Of a stretch of DNA of 64,000 nt, positions 52,301-64,000 are shown in pieces; within the stretch, counting starts at the first letter, position 1, and each line of letters starts with the position of its first letter. Under the pieces are notes generated by a model. The model made no database searches. It had not been told where the DNA came from and saw only the letters and a program-made list of their open reading frames with translations. This stretch comes from Lama glama. Taxonomy: Eukaryota. The DNA lies in NCBI GenBank assembly GCA_028534125.1, contig CM052817.1:73968001-74032000 (forward strand). Reading direction: 5' to 3'. A program made the translations under genes and the position numbers.

Positions 52301-55300
52301 TGCACTGAACAGTTGAGTCCAAGTTTTAAGTCATCATACTGTCCACTGAAGGTCAAATTTACAAGACACTCACATAGAAAGCTCATTAATCAAGTGATTC
52401 TGTAGATGAGCTGAGACCATGATATCCAGGTGTCATCACATACCAGGCCCCACTCATAAGATAAGGCTGTCAACGCCTGTGCCTTTAATGGGGCCTTATG
52501 CAAACATTCTAGGCAGCTTCATTACCACCGCCTACTTGTCGGCAAAAGCAAAAAGAGGGTAAACAACACACACAGTCTCACAGCAATACATTTCTACCCA
52601 CAGCCAGTCTCACAGCAATACATTTCTGCTTGCAGTACAGAGGTCCACCCCTAGACCTGTGGGAAAGATGAATGCAGCAAGAGAGTCAAGCAGCTGCTGA
52701 ACGGGGAGCTGAAGTGAGATACTGGAAGCAGGATGAGTGACATAGATTGCCGAAGGGCACACAGGAGCCCAACTTCGACAGGCGATGCGCAGGTGCGGCA
52801 TTCTGGGAAAGAGCAGCAGATGGACCTAACTGACGCACACCCCACAGGAAGCAGCAGCTGACTTTGTGCAATGGTGCCGGGGAGGCTGGGAGGTGGAGAC
52901 GCACTGTGGCATACAGCGAAAGGCCCTGCAAACTGTGGCTACAGTCTTCACACGTATACAGTGCTAAAAGCACTGCTGCCATGTACCATGGGCTTTCAGT
53001 ACACCCACCCCCACGGAGAGCAGCACTGGTGGCCCTACTGACTATTAATGAAAGGCTACTGATGACAGCTGTTTAATAAGACCTGACATTAAAGAATGTA
53101 ACTGTTTTACCAGAAATATATTCAAAATGGAATAACTATTTCAATAATTTTGGATAAAAAAAAATCTCATTTTGAAAACCCAACTAAGTTCTCCTACAAA
53201 GACTTTTCTAAAAGTGTGTAATGGGTTGTTATTGTCACAGTGCTTCGGTGGTAATAACTGCTACATTATGGCGCTCATTTGTTTTTAAACTGTTAGTATC
53301 TCTCCATTACACAGAGTTTACTGACAGAGCATTAGAGATAATATTTGGTTTTTGAATACAGGACAAATTTAGGAAGTGGCTCAAAAGGTCAACACTATGA
53401 AGTCAATACATTGCCCTGGAGAAGGCAAACACTGGACTAGAAGCTTTTTACACAGAACAGATGTAAAACAATGTGAGTCTCTGAGGATGACTGGGAACTT
53501 GGGAAGGAAAATGTCGTGGTTATAACTAAATGCTGAAGGTTTTTAAGAAAACGAAAATAAAATAACTTTTAGATATAAAATGCATTTATCTTGGGTCTCA
53601 CTTTTTCAGTAAGTTTTCCTGATATTTACTGAATTAAAATGTGAGAAATGGCTTAAATTATAGCACGAAAGATTCATATGAATCAGAAGAATGTTTTGAC
53701 TGAGTTGTTGAAAGCTCTTGAATAAGACAAGTTCACAAAGACAAGATACGGCACTCAGGCAAATGGGAGACTTTCACTAGATATTTCCTAAAAGAACGAA
53801 GAAACTGAGCTAGCCTAGATACAATTCGAGAGTAGCATGGACCGGGCCCTCCTGAAAGGCAAAGGCCATTCTGGATGGAAAGTAACAAGCAGAGTTCAGG
53901 GAAAAGGGACCATCTCCAAATCTTGGCTTTCTCGGTGCTCTACTACAACTTCTGCTTTCTTTCTCCTCTGACGACTGCTAGTCTTTCTACCTTTTTCCTC
54001 CAGAAGAGGCCAGAAAAAGATATTCGGTTGTTCATTCACCTCATTTCTTCCTTTGGCAAGGTCACCATGATGTGTTCATTTCCACTCCCCTCATCTCCCA
54101 CCACGTTTCTTTACAGAGGAGAGGAGGCAGAACTGTTTCTGCCAGACTGGTCCTTGGGATGGGAAAGCATGTGCACTCCCTTGGCACAGGAAGCACATGA
54201 CATGGCGTTCAAGGATCACACACCATGACAAAATGATGAGTCTCAGTGCTGGCGTCAGGTGGGACAACCAGCTGGAATGAATGGAGCATGTGGATGGGCA
54301 CAGGGAAGTCTGCTATGGGACTATACCCTTAAGACTATGTTAAAAGCTGTGGTGTTTCACTCCAATTAGAAGGTTGTACACAGAAAGGATAGGGTTGGAA
54401 AGTGTATGTGTAGAAGAAAGACATGCAATTTTGTGGAGAGGACATAGTTCTGTGATGAGGGTATGGACCTGGTCAGGTTGTATAACTGATGGGTCTTTGT
54501 GAGCTCCTAGATGTTAGATATGTGGTAACTTTGGGTTCCAACAGAGCTGGACAATAAACACATTCCCTACTAAGCTATTCAGAGTTCTAGCAAACTCTGA
54601 GGTGAAAAGAGCCCAGTCATTCAAATGTGGAAATTTATTAGGGTTTTTCTGAAAGACACTGCACTGGTCAGTGGGGAGATTCCCCCATAAGCACATCACC
54701 ACCGTGATCAATACATTGAAAACATTGGTAACAGTTTTTTGTACCACCTGTCTTACAGTCAGAATGATGGCCTGGCTGATTTTTCGAGTATCTTCTAGTC
54801 TAAAGTTTTCTGATAACAGTCAATATTAAAAAGGTTAGCCACCAAAAGTCTGTCTGGGTCTTAAAGAGAAAACAAATGAAGACAAATGTGTTACATACAT
54901 GACTCTGTGGCCACATCCACGCTAGGAAAATAAAGCAGACACTTAAATAATTAGTTCATTGAGTTCAAGGAAATGAGCCAAAGCACTTTGGGCTCAATTA
55001 CCAACTGGACATTTCTTTTGATCTCAGTATTACATTTAACTTCTCTAACATTTGGTGTGCATAGACTCAGCATAACTATAAAGACAAGTACCGTTTCAAT
55101 TTGTGAAATCCCAGAGGTAAGAGGAAACCTACGTCACGGTGATCTGAAGTGAAGAACTGTCTTCTGAGAAGTATGATGTAGTTTCATTTTGCCAAATAAA
55201 CATAAGCTGCAAGGTAAGCCTGTCAGGGACTCTGTTTATCTACTGACATTCACACAGGTTCATAGCAGTCACCCTAGACCAATAATGTAGTACAGTGGAG

Positions 55301-56897
55301 AGTTGAATTCAGCTCAGAAAGACCACTTATTAAAACCCTGCTTGTGATCACCTAAGAATAAGCACATTCCTTGGAGGATGAATTGCACACAGTGAGGTGT
55401 TGGTATTCTCCTAATTTTAATCAGTTATTTAAAGATTCAATCTTGCCAGTGGATAGTGCACAGGTTATTTCTTCTTTTTGACTCTTGCGCAAGGGAAGAA
55501 TGTAAAGTTATATAAACATGGTGTTTGGCTGAAACAGCTAATGAATCCAAAGTATTTACAACAACGATGCTTCCTGAATCACTGGGAAAGCGAAATGACA
55601 CATCTGCTTGTTTGATTAAAAAAATCTCTTTATCTAATATGGCTGGTATAGATGATTCATAAAATTACTTCAGCTCAAAATTTTAGCTCAGAGGTAAGAG
55701 GGAGATGAATAGACCTACTAAATAAAATCCTTGACACACTATCCACCTTTCCACTGTGAAAAATAATGACTGACCACCTCTAGCAGAGTTAGGTCAGTGC
55801 GCCAATAATATAAATAGAGAGCATGCTTTAATAGTGTCTGCTGTTCTATTCAACCAAAGAGGGAGAAGTCAGCAGAGGTGACTGGCAACTTGTGGTCTAT
55901 AGACATCTTTATTTTCTAAATTGCCTATATGTCTCCTTGACCTGAGACTTTCCAGGTTCTTTATTCTACAACAAGAATACAATTTTTCAAAATTATATCT
56001 TACTGATTTCACCTATGGCATTAAACCCATGGTGACACTATCAGGTAATAATCTTTCCAGATAATGTTTAATTATCCAATGGATCATTTCCCTGAATTTG
56101 TTTTATAATTCTTTAATACTTCTGTTTTAAATATCCCCATTTTTACCATTCTTTTTTGGAATGGCTTCTAGGTAAGTGGCCTGCAAAAGTTATAGTTATG
56201 TACATTGAGTTACAAAAATAAGAATACAAAACTGCAAAGGCAACTGAAGCAAACTGAACACTTCTAAAAGAGCCGTGAGACCAAAAAGAAGAAAAGTAAT
56301 TGCAAACATGTGTTTAGTATGTGTGTGCAGAGGCACTGAGATGTCTGCAGACGTGCTGGCAATGACTCACATGTGTAGCTAGCAGAACCTGGGCAAGTGA
56401 ACTGAATGGGGATCAGAACATATTCGGAAAATCCATGAAAATCTAGCTTAAGAAGGCTGCCAAATTCAGAATTCTACTGAAACCCCTTTGAGACCATTGA
56501 AAAATTTTAAAAATGGTTATTTTCATACTTCATTTTCGAATATAAGTTCTTTCCTAGAGATACATATACACTGTATATTACCTTTTGACTGATACATGTA
56601 CCATTTCATCTTATGATCCCGAACTGTCATTACTAGTTTAAAATCACAATATGCTTGAGTATGCCACATTGTTCATAGTTGTCTATAGTTTAAAGACAGA
56701 GAAAATAGTATAATGTGGAAGAAAAAACAGACAAAACAAATACATATAATTAAAATAGTAATGTACTTATAAAAAGAAACTTATTTCTCATGTCTTAGAA
56801 TAAGCCTAGTTCCTAAACTTATTATTTGAAACAAATATTTTTTTCTTACAGATACGTAACCGTGAATTGGGATTTTCTGTTTCTGGTTTAATCATAC

Positions 56898-56946
56898 CTT
56901 TCACATCTTCATCCTCAATTGTTGTATTTGAACTCTCAGTTGACTC
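56898..56946 (-). CDS. CAMK2D: CAMK2D exon 17 (49 nt, ESTESSNTTIEDEDVK + first base of Ala)
   Basis: ctcaacag|GAGTCAACT...GATGTGAAAG|gtatga. Confidence 0.97.
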
Positions 56947-59270
56947 CTGTTGAGAAGAAAACACATTTAAGTTTCAAACAATGAATCACTTAACTTTTCT
57001 TCTTAAAAAGCCGGCGAGTGGTGTACATATCATGCAAGATTCTTCAACAGGCTGTGAGCATATGCTGACATGCAAATGGACAAGTACGTTATGTGGCTTT
57101 AACAGAAATGAAATGCCAAATGCCGCAAACATTTCAAAAAGGGAGTACTCTGGTTGCCTAATCCCTGAAGCACGACACATTCAGGTGATTTGTAGAGGCA
57201 GCCGAAGTATGCAACTTATTTTAAGTGCTGTGTAAGGATGTGTCGTGCTACAGTGCCCCGTAAGATGTGCTTTCTCTAAGTTATTTACGAGAACTTGGAT
57301 ATATTAGCCTAATGAGTTTGAACCTTAAACAATATTTTTTATATTCCCAATTAGTTAGTAATTAGTCCCTTCTTTGTGTAAGGCACTGTATCAAGCACTG
57401 AATTTGGAGCCTATTTGTCTGCCTTACTCCTTTGAAGAAAAGAAAAGCATTTCATTACATCATTTGATGAAGATGCTAAGGGTACTAAGGTGCGATAAGC
57501 TGAAAGTGCTTTTAAGAATTTCCACGTTTGTGATTAGCACAATGGAACCATATGAATAATTTACTTTCAAGAAAAATTAGATGTTTTTCATTCACTTCTA
57601 AATTAGAAACCGCTGTTACTGATAAGAAACTTGCTCCCAGAGTGAAAAGACAAAGCTATTTCTTTGTAAAACTACAAATGAAGTTGCAGATGAAGAAATG
57701 CACTTAGGACACTGTAACTGCCGGTATTAAGGTCCGTTCCTTAAAATGGTTTGATAAATTTTTCCATTTACAATATATTAAAAATATTTTCTAGCAAAGA
57801 AGTTTAGTAATATTCATAAGAAAGACACAATTTTCTAGTTGGAATGATTAAAGGCTAGAGCTGAAAAAAAATTGGAAACTTCCAATCAATAGCTACGTGC
57901 TCTGTGATAAAACACAAATTTTGGAAAAGGATGCAAACACCAGTGTCCTTTTAGAGATTCAATATTCACAAAAGTGATCCATTTCTATAAAGATCATGTG
58001 TATGATTTAAACCAAAGGGACAGACTACTTAAAGATCTATCCAGAGTCTCCACACACACAAAACCAAAGCAAAGAGTCCTCATGCGTTTCTTAATGTGAC
58101 CTAGTGTTCAGATTTCAACTCAAGATGAAAGTAAACTCATGCACAGTAAAAATAAACTAATTCATGTAAGCAGGAAATATCATGCAACAACTCTTACAAG
58201 TGATAACCGCTAGAACTACCGAAGTGTCCACTCCAGCTGCTACGCTTGGACTTTGACTTGCTAATGATACTGGAAATAACTGTTCACCTGTGTGGTGCTC
58301 CTGACTCCCTCAAGTCTTTTAGGCACTTAAGAATATTTTAAGTGTCATGACTATAAAATACATCTCATATTAAGGAATCCAACACTTCATGTTTTTTACT
58401 TTAATGATTTTAACATTGATCAACCAAATAGTAAACCAGAAGAAATGTGTTTTTTAAGACTACCACTTAATAAGAGTAAGGAAAAGTAAGAGAAGTGACT
58501 ACACTTAATATTTGAAAAAAATCTGATGAAGTATTTTTAACTCCCCTTAGAGATGTAATAATGGATGAGGGAAGTAATTAAGTGGAAACATGGAATATGT
58601 TCAGAAACTGTGCAAACAATGTACAATAATGGACAGGAAACATAACAGTCTCTTTTCGGGGTAAGCAGTTTAAGTGTCTGTTACTGAAATGTATGTAATT
58701 CAACAAAGACAAACATATTTCACAGGAAGTGAAACTCCCCCACCATTCTCCTCAAATTCATGCCAAATAACAAAAACACCACCAACAAGGAGTTAAAAGG
58801 AAAAAAAAAAGACACTATAACAACAGAATAAATAAAACTCAAAAGCAACATTAAATTTAAACAAATATCTGTAAAATCAAGTTGACTTTTTTTTGAAGAC
58901 AATGGAATGACAGAGCAAGAAATTGTAAAATTTCATGCAAAATACATCTAAAGTACTATGCAGACAGGCATGGGGGGAAAAAAAGACCAGATGGAATTGC
59001 TTAAGATACACAGTCATCTTGACATAAAGACTTACTTAACCCAACTTTTATTGACTAATGGTACCATTCATTTCTCTTTCAAGAGGTCATTTTTGTTTTG
59101 AAAGAAATATGTGTATAGTTCTAAGATAAATTAGGTCCAAAAGAAAGTGTGGTTAAAAAAAATAAGGATTTTCTTCCCTATTTTTAGATAATGAATTGAC
59201 TTTGCTTTGAATATTCTGATGAGATGTGTAATCTTGTTAAAGCAAGATGATGTTGATTCTTTCTGAATAC

Positions 59271-59312
59271 CTTGTTTCCATCAGGGTTGTGGATTACAGT
59301 AGTTTGGGGCTC
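59271..59312 (-). CDS. CAMK2D: CAMK2D alternative linker exon 16 (42 nt, EPQTTVIHNPDGNK)
   Basis: Minus strand reads ctcactcag|GAGCCCCAA...GGAAACAAG|gtattc; phase 0/0; preceded by a pyrimidine tract. Confidence 0.97.
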
Positions 59313-60507
59313 CTGAGTGAGAACAAAATAGAGAAAGAAACAGTTCGCATTGGTAAGTACATTCTTCACTAGTAGGAGGGACAGAGCAGAGGGAGCCAGC
59401 TGACAAAACTAAAGAGTGACAAGAGCTTAAGCAACGTTAACTACTGTCAGAGGCTGCAGCTGACAAGATCTCTGATGAAAGATCTCCTGGTGAGCCCACA
59501 AGCGAGCTTGGTCACCTCTGTACGCAGCAGCAGCATGCAAAAGACCTTATTCGTCGTCAGCAAACAGACATGGCTTTGCAGTCTGGAGAACTAAAGAGGC
59601 ACTTGCTGTTTCACAAAGTCCTGTACCAGAGAAAGCTCTCCTTTCTTCTTTAACCAACGGACTGTTAATGTCTGTCCCACAGAAGACTGGCCAAGGGCAC
59701 TGGAGATTAGCACTCTGTGAGAGGATCTCAAATTCTTTGTGAAGATATTTTTTCGGCTGTGTTGCTTTGAGAACCGATGGTGGTATCATAATACACAGAT
59801 AAATACCCCTCGAAAATCTAGTCACTGGACCACATTTGAAAAAAGGGCTATCCTAAAGAATGTATTTCCAAAGTCCCTAAAAAATTCTGAGAAACATTTA
59901 AAAGGTTCTAGAACTAATCATATAATCACTATAATTTGAGGCAAATTGCTGTTAATTCCCATGTTAATTCATATATTAGAGAACTTTCTGCTTAACAGAG
60001 TAGGTATACAGAAGATTTGTTTGTAAAGTCATATTTTTTTCTGCGAGGAAAATATTATTTTTCCTATTGCTTTATATCAGAAAATTGAAGAAATACCCTC
60101 AACTGGAAAATAACCATCAGATCGCTGATGTAAAAAAAGATTCACTGTCCATCAGTGGCATGCCTGGCACTTTCATTACACGATGTCCTGGCAACTGGGA
60201 GTTCCTGCAGCCCACTGAGAGTTCTCTCCAGTCATAAGCACTCTCCCCACTCTGGGATCTCCTCTCCACCACAGGTTATGCTGCAGAATTCAGAGAGCAT
60301 GTCTGCTGCTTGCTTCTCTTCTTCCTTTCCCTGGCTAGACGTGTGATCAACACATTTTTTTTTCCTGCTAGTACGTAATCCACTATCATGATGTGCCTTG
60401 CCTTTAAATGGAGCCTTCTGGTTAATGCTAGTGAAACAATCCCCTAACATTTTTTATTCATTTGAACTTAATAGTACAGAGGACAGTAAAAATTAAGAAT
60501 CACTTCT

Positions 60508-60616
60508 AAATGAATGTGCATATGTCCATGAATGACTGAAAAATTGTGCTGAACACTGGAATTTGACACAACATTGTAAAATGATTATAAATCAATAAAA
60601 AATGTTAAAAAAAAAA
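60508..60616 (+). mobile_element. Very short, young LINE-1 3' end with perfect TSD
   Basis: TSD aagaatcacttct at 60495-60507 and 60617-60629; AATAAA and poly-A; near-identical to the reverse complement of 5831-5928. Confidence 0.95.
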
Positions 60617-61395
60617 AAGAATCACTTCTGAAAACCATAAATCAAAACTTGAAAGAGTTTGGGGAAAATCTTATGGGACAAAGAGCACTGAATGCCAGTA
60701 TGCAAATCCTGAATTTTAATCCACAGAGCCTCAGAGGGTTAAACTGATTGAGTTGTTAATTATGTGAATTTGATTGACATGGACAAAACTGATTCCCATA
60801 GATCATTCAAAGCGCCGTGCTATGCAATTTCATTCTTTGGATCAAAGTGAAACAGTGATAATTTAACTTAAAACACAACAAACAAAAAGCTTTAAATTAT
60901 CCAGTGCCTCTTTATCTCAGAAAATGAGGTCTTACAAAGCCCTGCTGTCTTTTAATAAGAGGGAAATGAGAACTCTGAATAAGGTCTACATTTACTGTTG
61001 TCTTGCAATAACCTCCTTAGCTCTCCTCGATGTCAACATGGGCGTCATGAAAGGAAGAAACCATCATATGAATATCCAGAGCTGTCATCAGAGGAAGAGC
61101 TACGAGCAACCAAAGCGCATTCTACTGTATTCTAAGGCAACATGCAACAATTTCAACTACAGAGACCACAGCTATCAGTACAATGTTCAACAATGAAATG
61201 AGATCATCTAAAGTTAGAAACACACTGCTTGACAAGTACCTTAACAAAAAGAAATGAACTTTTTTCATATCTTAGAAAGCAAAACCGAAACCCAAAAAAA
61301 AAATTTTTTTAAAGTATCTATAGAGTGAAAGCAAATGAGAGAAACAACAAAAACAGGAAAGAACTTAAGAAAGGTTACAAAGAGTCCAGGTATAC

Positions 61396-61455
61396 CAGCG
61401 CCGGGGTAGGAATATTTTCTTTGGGGCTGGTTACCACGTTGGCTTTGTTGTTTAT
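61396..61455 (-). CDS. CAMK2D: CAMK2D alternative linker exon 15 (60 nt, [20 protein letters not shown])
   Basis: Minus strand reads cctacag|ATAAACAAC...CCGGCGCTG|gtatac; phase 0/0; peptide matches the delta-specific insert. Confidence 0.97.
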
Positions 61456-63250
61456 CTGTAGGTATGCAGAAAATAGAAACAGAGATGCCTTAAATCCCTT
61501 GGTAGCCAATGTCTCTCTATGCAGCATGTCTACATGGAGAGATAGACATGAAAATAAAGAGCCACTGAAGATGAACGTGAAAGACACTGCGATGATGGAC
61601 AGGAACGATGATCGATTCTATCTCCAACGGTCACATACAGGCTAGGATTGTGTCTGTGATGGTGAAATGACAGAACGGACTTGGCTGCTTTGGCTGTGCC
61701 ACCTTAGCAAACAGACAAAGAGCTGCTTCAACGGAGCTCAAATCAAGTTTCAGAGTATGAAATAAATAGAAACATTTTCATACTCTTCAAGTTGAATTCT
61801 GTTTCCCAGCTTCCAATTGTTCACAGTTATGAATACATTCCTTTTTTCATTTGATTCTCCAGCCTGAAGTCACACATAGACTGTCTTTCTCTGGGGAGCC
61901 ATCATCACTTTGTTTAGTAGGTATCCAATTAAAAACACAGATCTTCTGATGAAATGCAGGCTTTATAATAAATTTCTTAAAATGATAAGTCTAGGTCTTT
62001 AAAAAACAGATCTTCCATTATAAACTGGCAAATTGAACTCTTTACTATATTCTGGACGCAAAATGACTTCATTTTTCACAGTTGTTTGAGAGGAAAACAC
62101 TATGGATTCTGTCAAAGTGTTAACTGTTGTCGTTGAAGACTATATTTGGTAACACCATTCCCTTGCTTTAATCTAAGTGGTTCTGAACTTAAAGAAAGAT
62201 CATGAACACTATGGAAGCCATGCTGTGAAAACAACTCAGTGGGTCAATAAATACTGTAATGGGCCCGCAGAGAAGACTCTTTGTTGACAAGTGGCAACTT
62301 GAAATGACAACTGAGTTTGGGTACTAAAGAATCAAAGACTGAAAAGTAATCATCAACATTCATTTAAACTCATGCATGACAACTTACACTGTGGTTATTA
62401 AACAAAGAGAAATTAACATTCATTTTCTTACACTATATTGTTTCTTTATATATTATTATCTAAAGGAATACATCCATAATTTTAATATAGATGTACTTAA
62501 GGACTTAGAAAAACATCTTGCACAAAATAAATGAATACCAAATGAATATTTATAAGCAATGACACCAATTTAATTGTTTGGACTTTCTGGGGATTCTTTT
62601 CTTTCATATTGAAACTAGCACTGAAAGATAGAAGGGTCAAAAAATTAACTTAGGTATGTAATATTTTGCTTTTCTATTCATTCACATTTGTGTGATTATT
62701 TGTTATCAGTATTATCGAAATAATCACTAACACTGTGCTGTGTGACATGCAAAAAAAGAGAAAACTTGGTGCCCTTTACTAGAAAACTCTTTAAATATTA
62801 AACCATCCATCTATACTTTGCAGAGAGTTTAGAATTTTTCTTTAAATAGAAGTGCTCAGAATTGAACATAAAATGTGTGTGCAACAGCCCAAAAGAGAAG
62901 AGATAATGGAGTTTACGAAAGAGGGGTCAAAACTCAGTACTGACGTTAGGATAGAATATATGAGAAAAGAGGAGAGATGCACACACAAGTAACTTCCTAT
63001 GAAGGAAGAGGGCTTGGCAAAACACAGCTGACTTCCTGTCAAATGAGCAGGAGTACTCAAGATTAAAGCACACATGTATTTAATATGCTACATTCAGTTT
63101 ATATCAGTGGATGCAAAGAATGAAAAAGGAATATACTGAGATATTTTCTGTTTTGAGATAAAACACTTGAGTTTTTTTCCTAGGATGTGATTGCCAAGAA
63201 CTGCTTTATTTTAGTGAAAATGTCTCACATACAAATCTATGCAAACAAGA

Positions 63251-63319
63251 TACACACGCGCGCACACTTGAACACACGCACACCCACGTTCACACGTAGA
63301 CACACAGCATACACACACC
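63251..63319. repeat. Degenerate (CA/CG)n tract (UG-rich on the pre-mRNA)
   Basis: tacacacgcgcgcacacttgaacacacgcacacccacgttcacacgtagacacacagcatacacacacc. Confidence 0.75.
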
Positions 63320-64000
63320 GTCATCGCTTCCACATAAAGGCCACTCTGTCCGCGTGAGCCATCCTTTACTGTCACGCATGACTAATAAGAGTTAAATGAG
63401 TATGTGTCTCAACCACCACTTTTCCTTGTGTTTAAATGTACAATTACAATTTTTTTGTTAAAGATTAGATTAATTATCTTTTGTTTTTTTTTTTTACTAT
63501 AGAAAATCTCTTGGATGTATCTGTAATATTAAGTACTTAAAAGTAAGAGAAGAATTCCAGCTAAAATGCGAGGAGGACTTCCTTTAAAGAGTCAAATATG
63601 GGCTCAACCACAGCTGTCTTTTAAATATACAAGAGCTTTGGCACTTCTGTGTGAAATGTAGTTATTTTATATTATGGAAGCAGAATATTTTTATTTAAAA
63701 ATTTAAATGAAACCAGATATTTAAATGATGCACTGAATTATTCTTATGAGGCATGGATGGGCAAGATCTTCCTATTTTTCAGGTGTTGAGTTCATTCAGT
63801 TTTGAGGTTAAGAAATATTTTATCTAAAGGTGCTTAACTAGGATGGATCCATTGTCAGACCACTTTCACATTATTTGTAACACTCCATGGTGGATGGTTT
63901 ATCTATACTAGGAATCACTCCTATTTTAGTCATCGTCATCCTTACTTAAAAATAATCCTATAGTGTTTCTTCACTTTTCACAATAATTCTAGACATTACT

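Larger units (their letters stand above)
15140..64000 (-). other. CAMK2D: CAMK2D gene, 3' portion (continues beyond window end)
   Basis: Eight collinear minus-strand exons with AG acceptors, GT donors (all but the terminal exon) and consistent phases splice to the CaMKII-delta linker, association (hub) domain and tail. Confidence 0.98.

Noticed and set aside
63570..63590. Minus-strand AAAGGAAGTCC resembling the start of the CAMK2D NLS exon (KRKSSSSVQMM)
   Set aside because: The match does not continue and lacks proper splice sites; the NLS exon is probably just beyond the window end
1..64000. CRISPR arrays, tRNA/rRNA genes or prokaryotic-type operons
   Set aside because: None seen; this is mammalian intronic and intergenic DNA with no regularly spaced repeats

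Overview
This is mammalian genomic DNA, most likely camelid. That assignment is inferred from the L1 3' ends and the absence of recognisable Alu, Bov-A/tA, PRE-1 or B1 SINEs. The window holds the 3' half of CAMK2D (Ca2+/calmodulin-dependent protein kinase II delta) on the minus strand. It includes the variable-linker cassette exons usually numbered 15 ([20 protein letters not shown]) and 16 (EPQTTVIHNPDGNK), the hub-domain exons 17-20, the alternative C-terminal exon 21, and the terminal exon with a 3'UTR of about 2 kb (possibly about 3.3 kb). The kinase-domain exons and the NLS exon lie beyond position 64000. The rest is intron and downstream intergenic DNA rich in LINE-1 (one decayed full-length copy, several truncated or nested copies, two very young copies), L2, MIR, MaLR/ERV LTRs and Tigger/hAT MITEs, plus one 500-N assembly gap. 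Almost all ORFs in the supplied track are L1 remnants or chance ORFs. I found no evidence of a new multi-gene system. The most unusual unexplained structure is a 92-bp near-perfect inverted repeat in intron 18 that would be fully paired in the CAMK2D pre-mRNA, with a TSD-flanked retro-insert in its loop. Exon numbers follow common literature usage. Boundaries and subfamily names of old repeats are approximate and come from recall of consensus sequences, not a database search.
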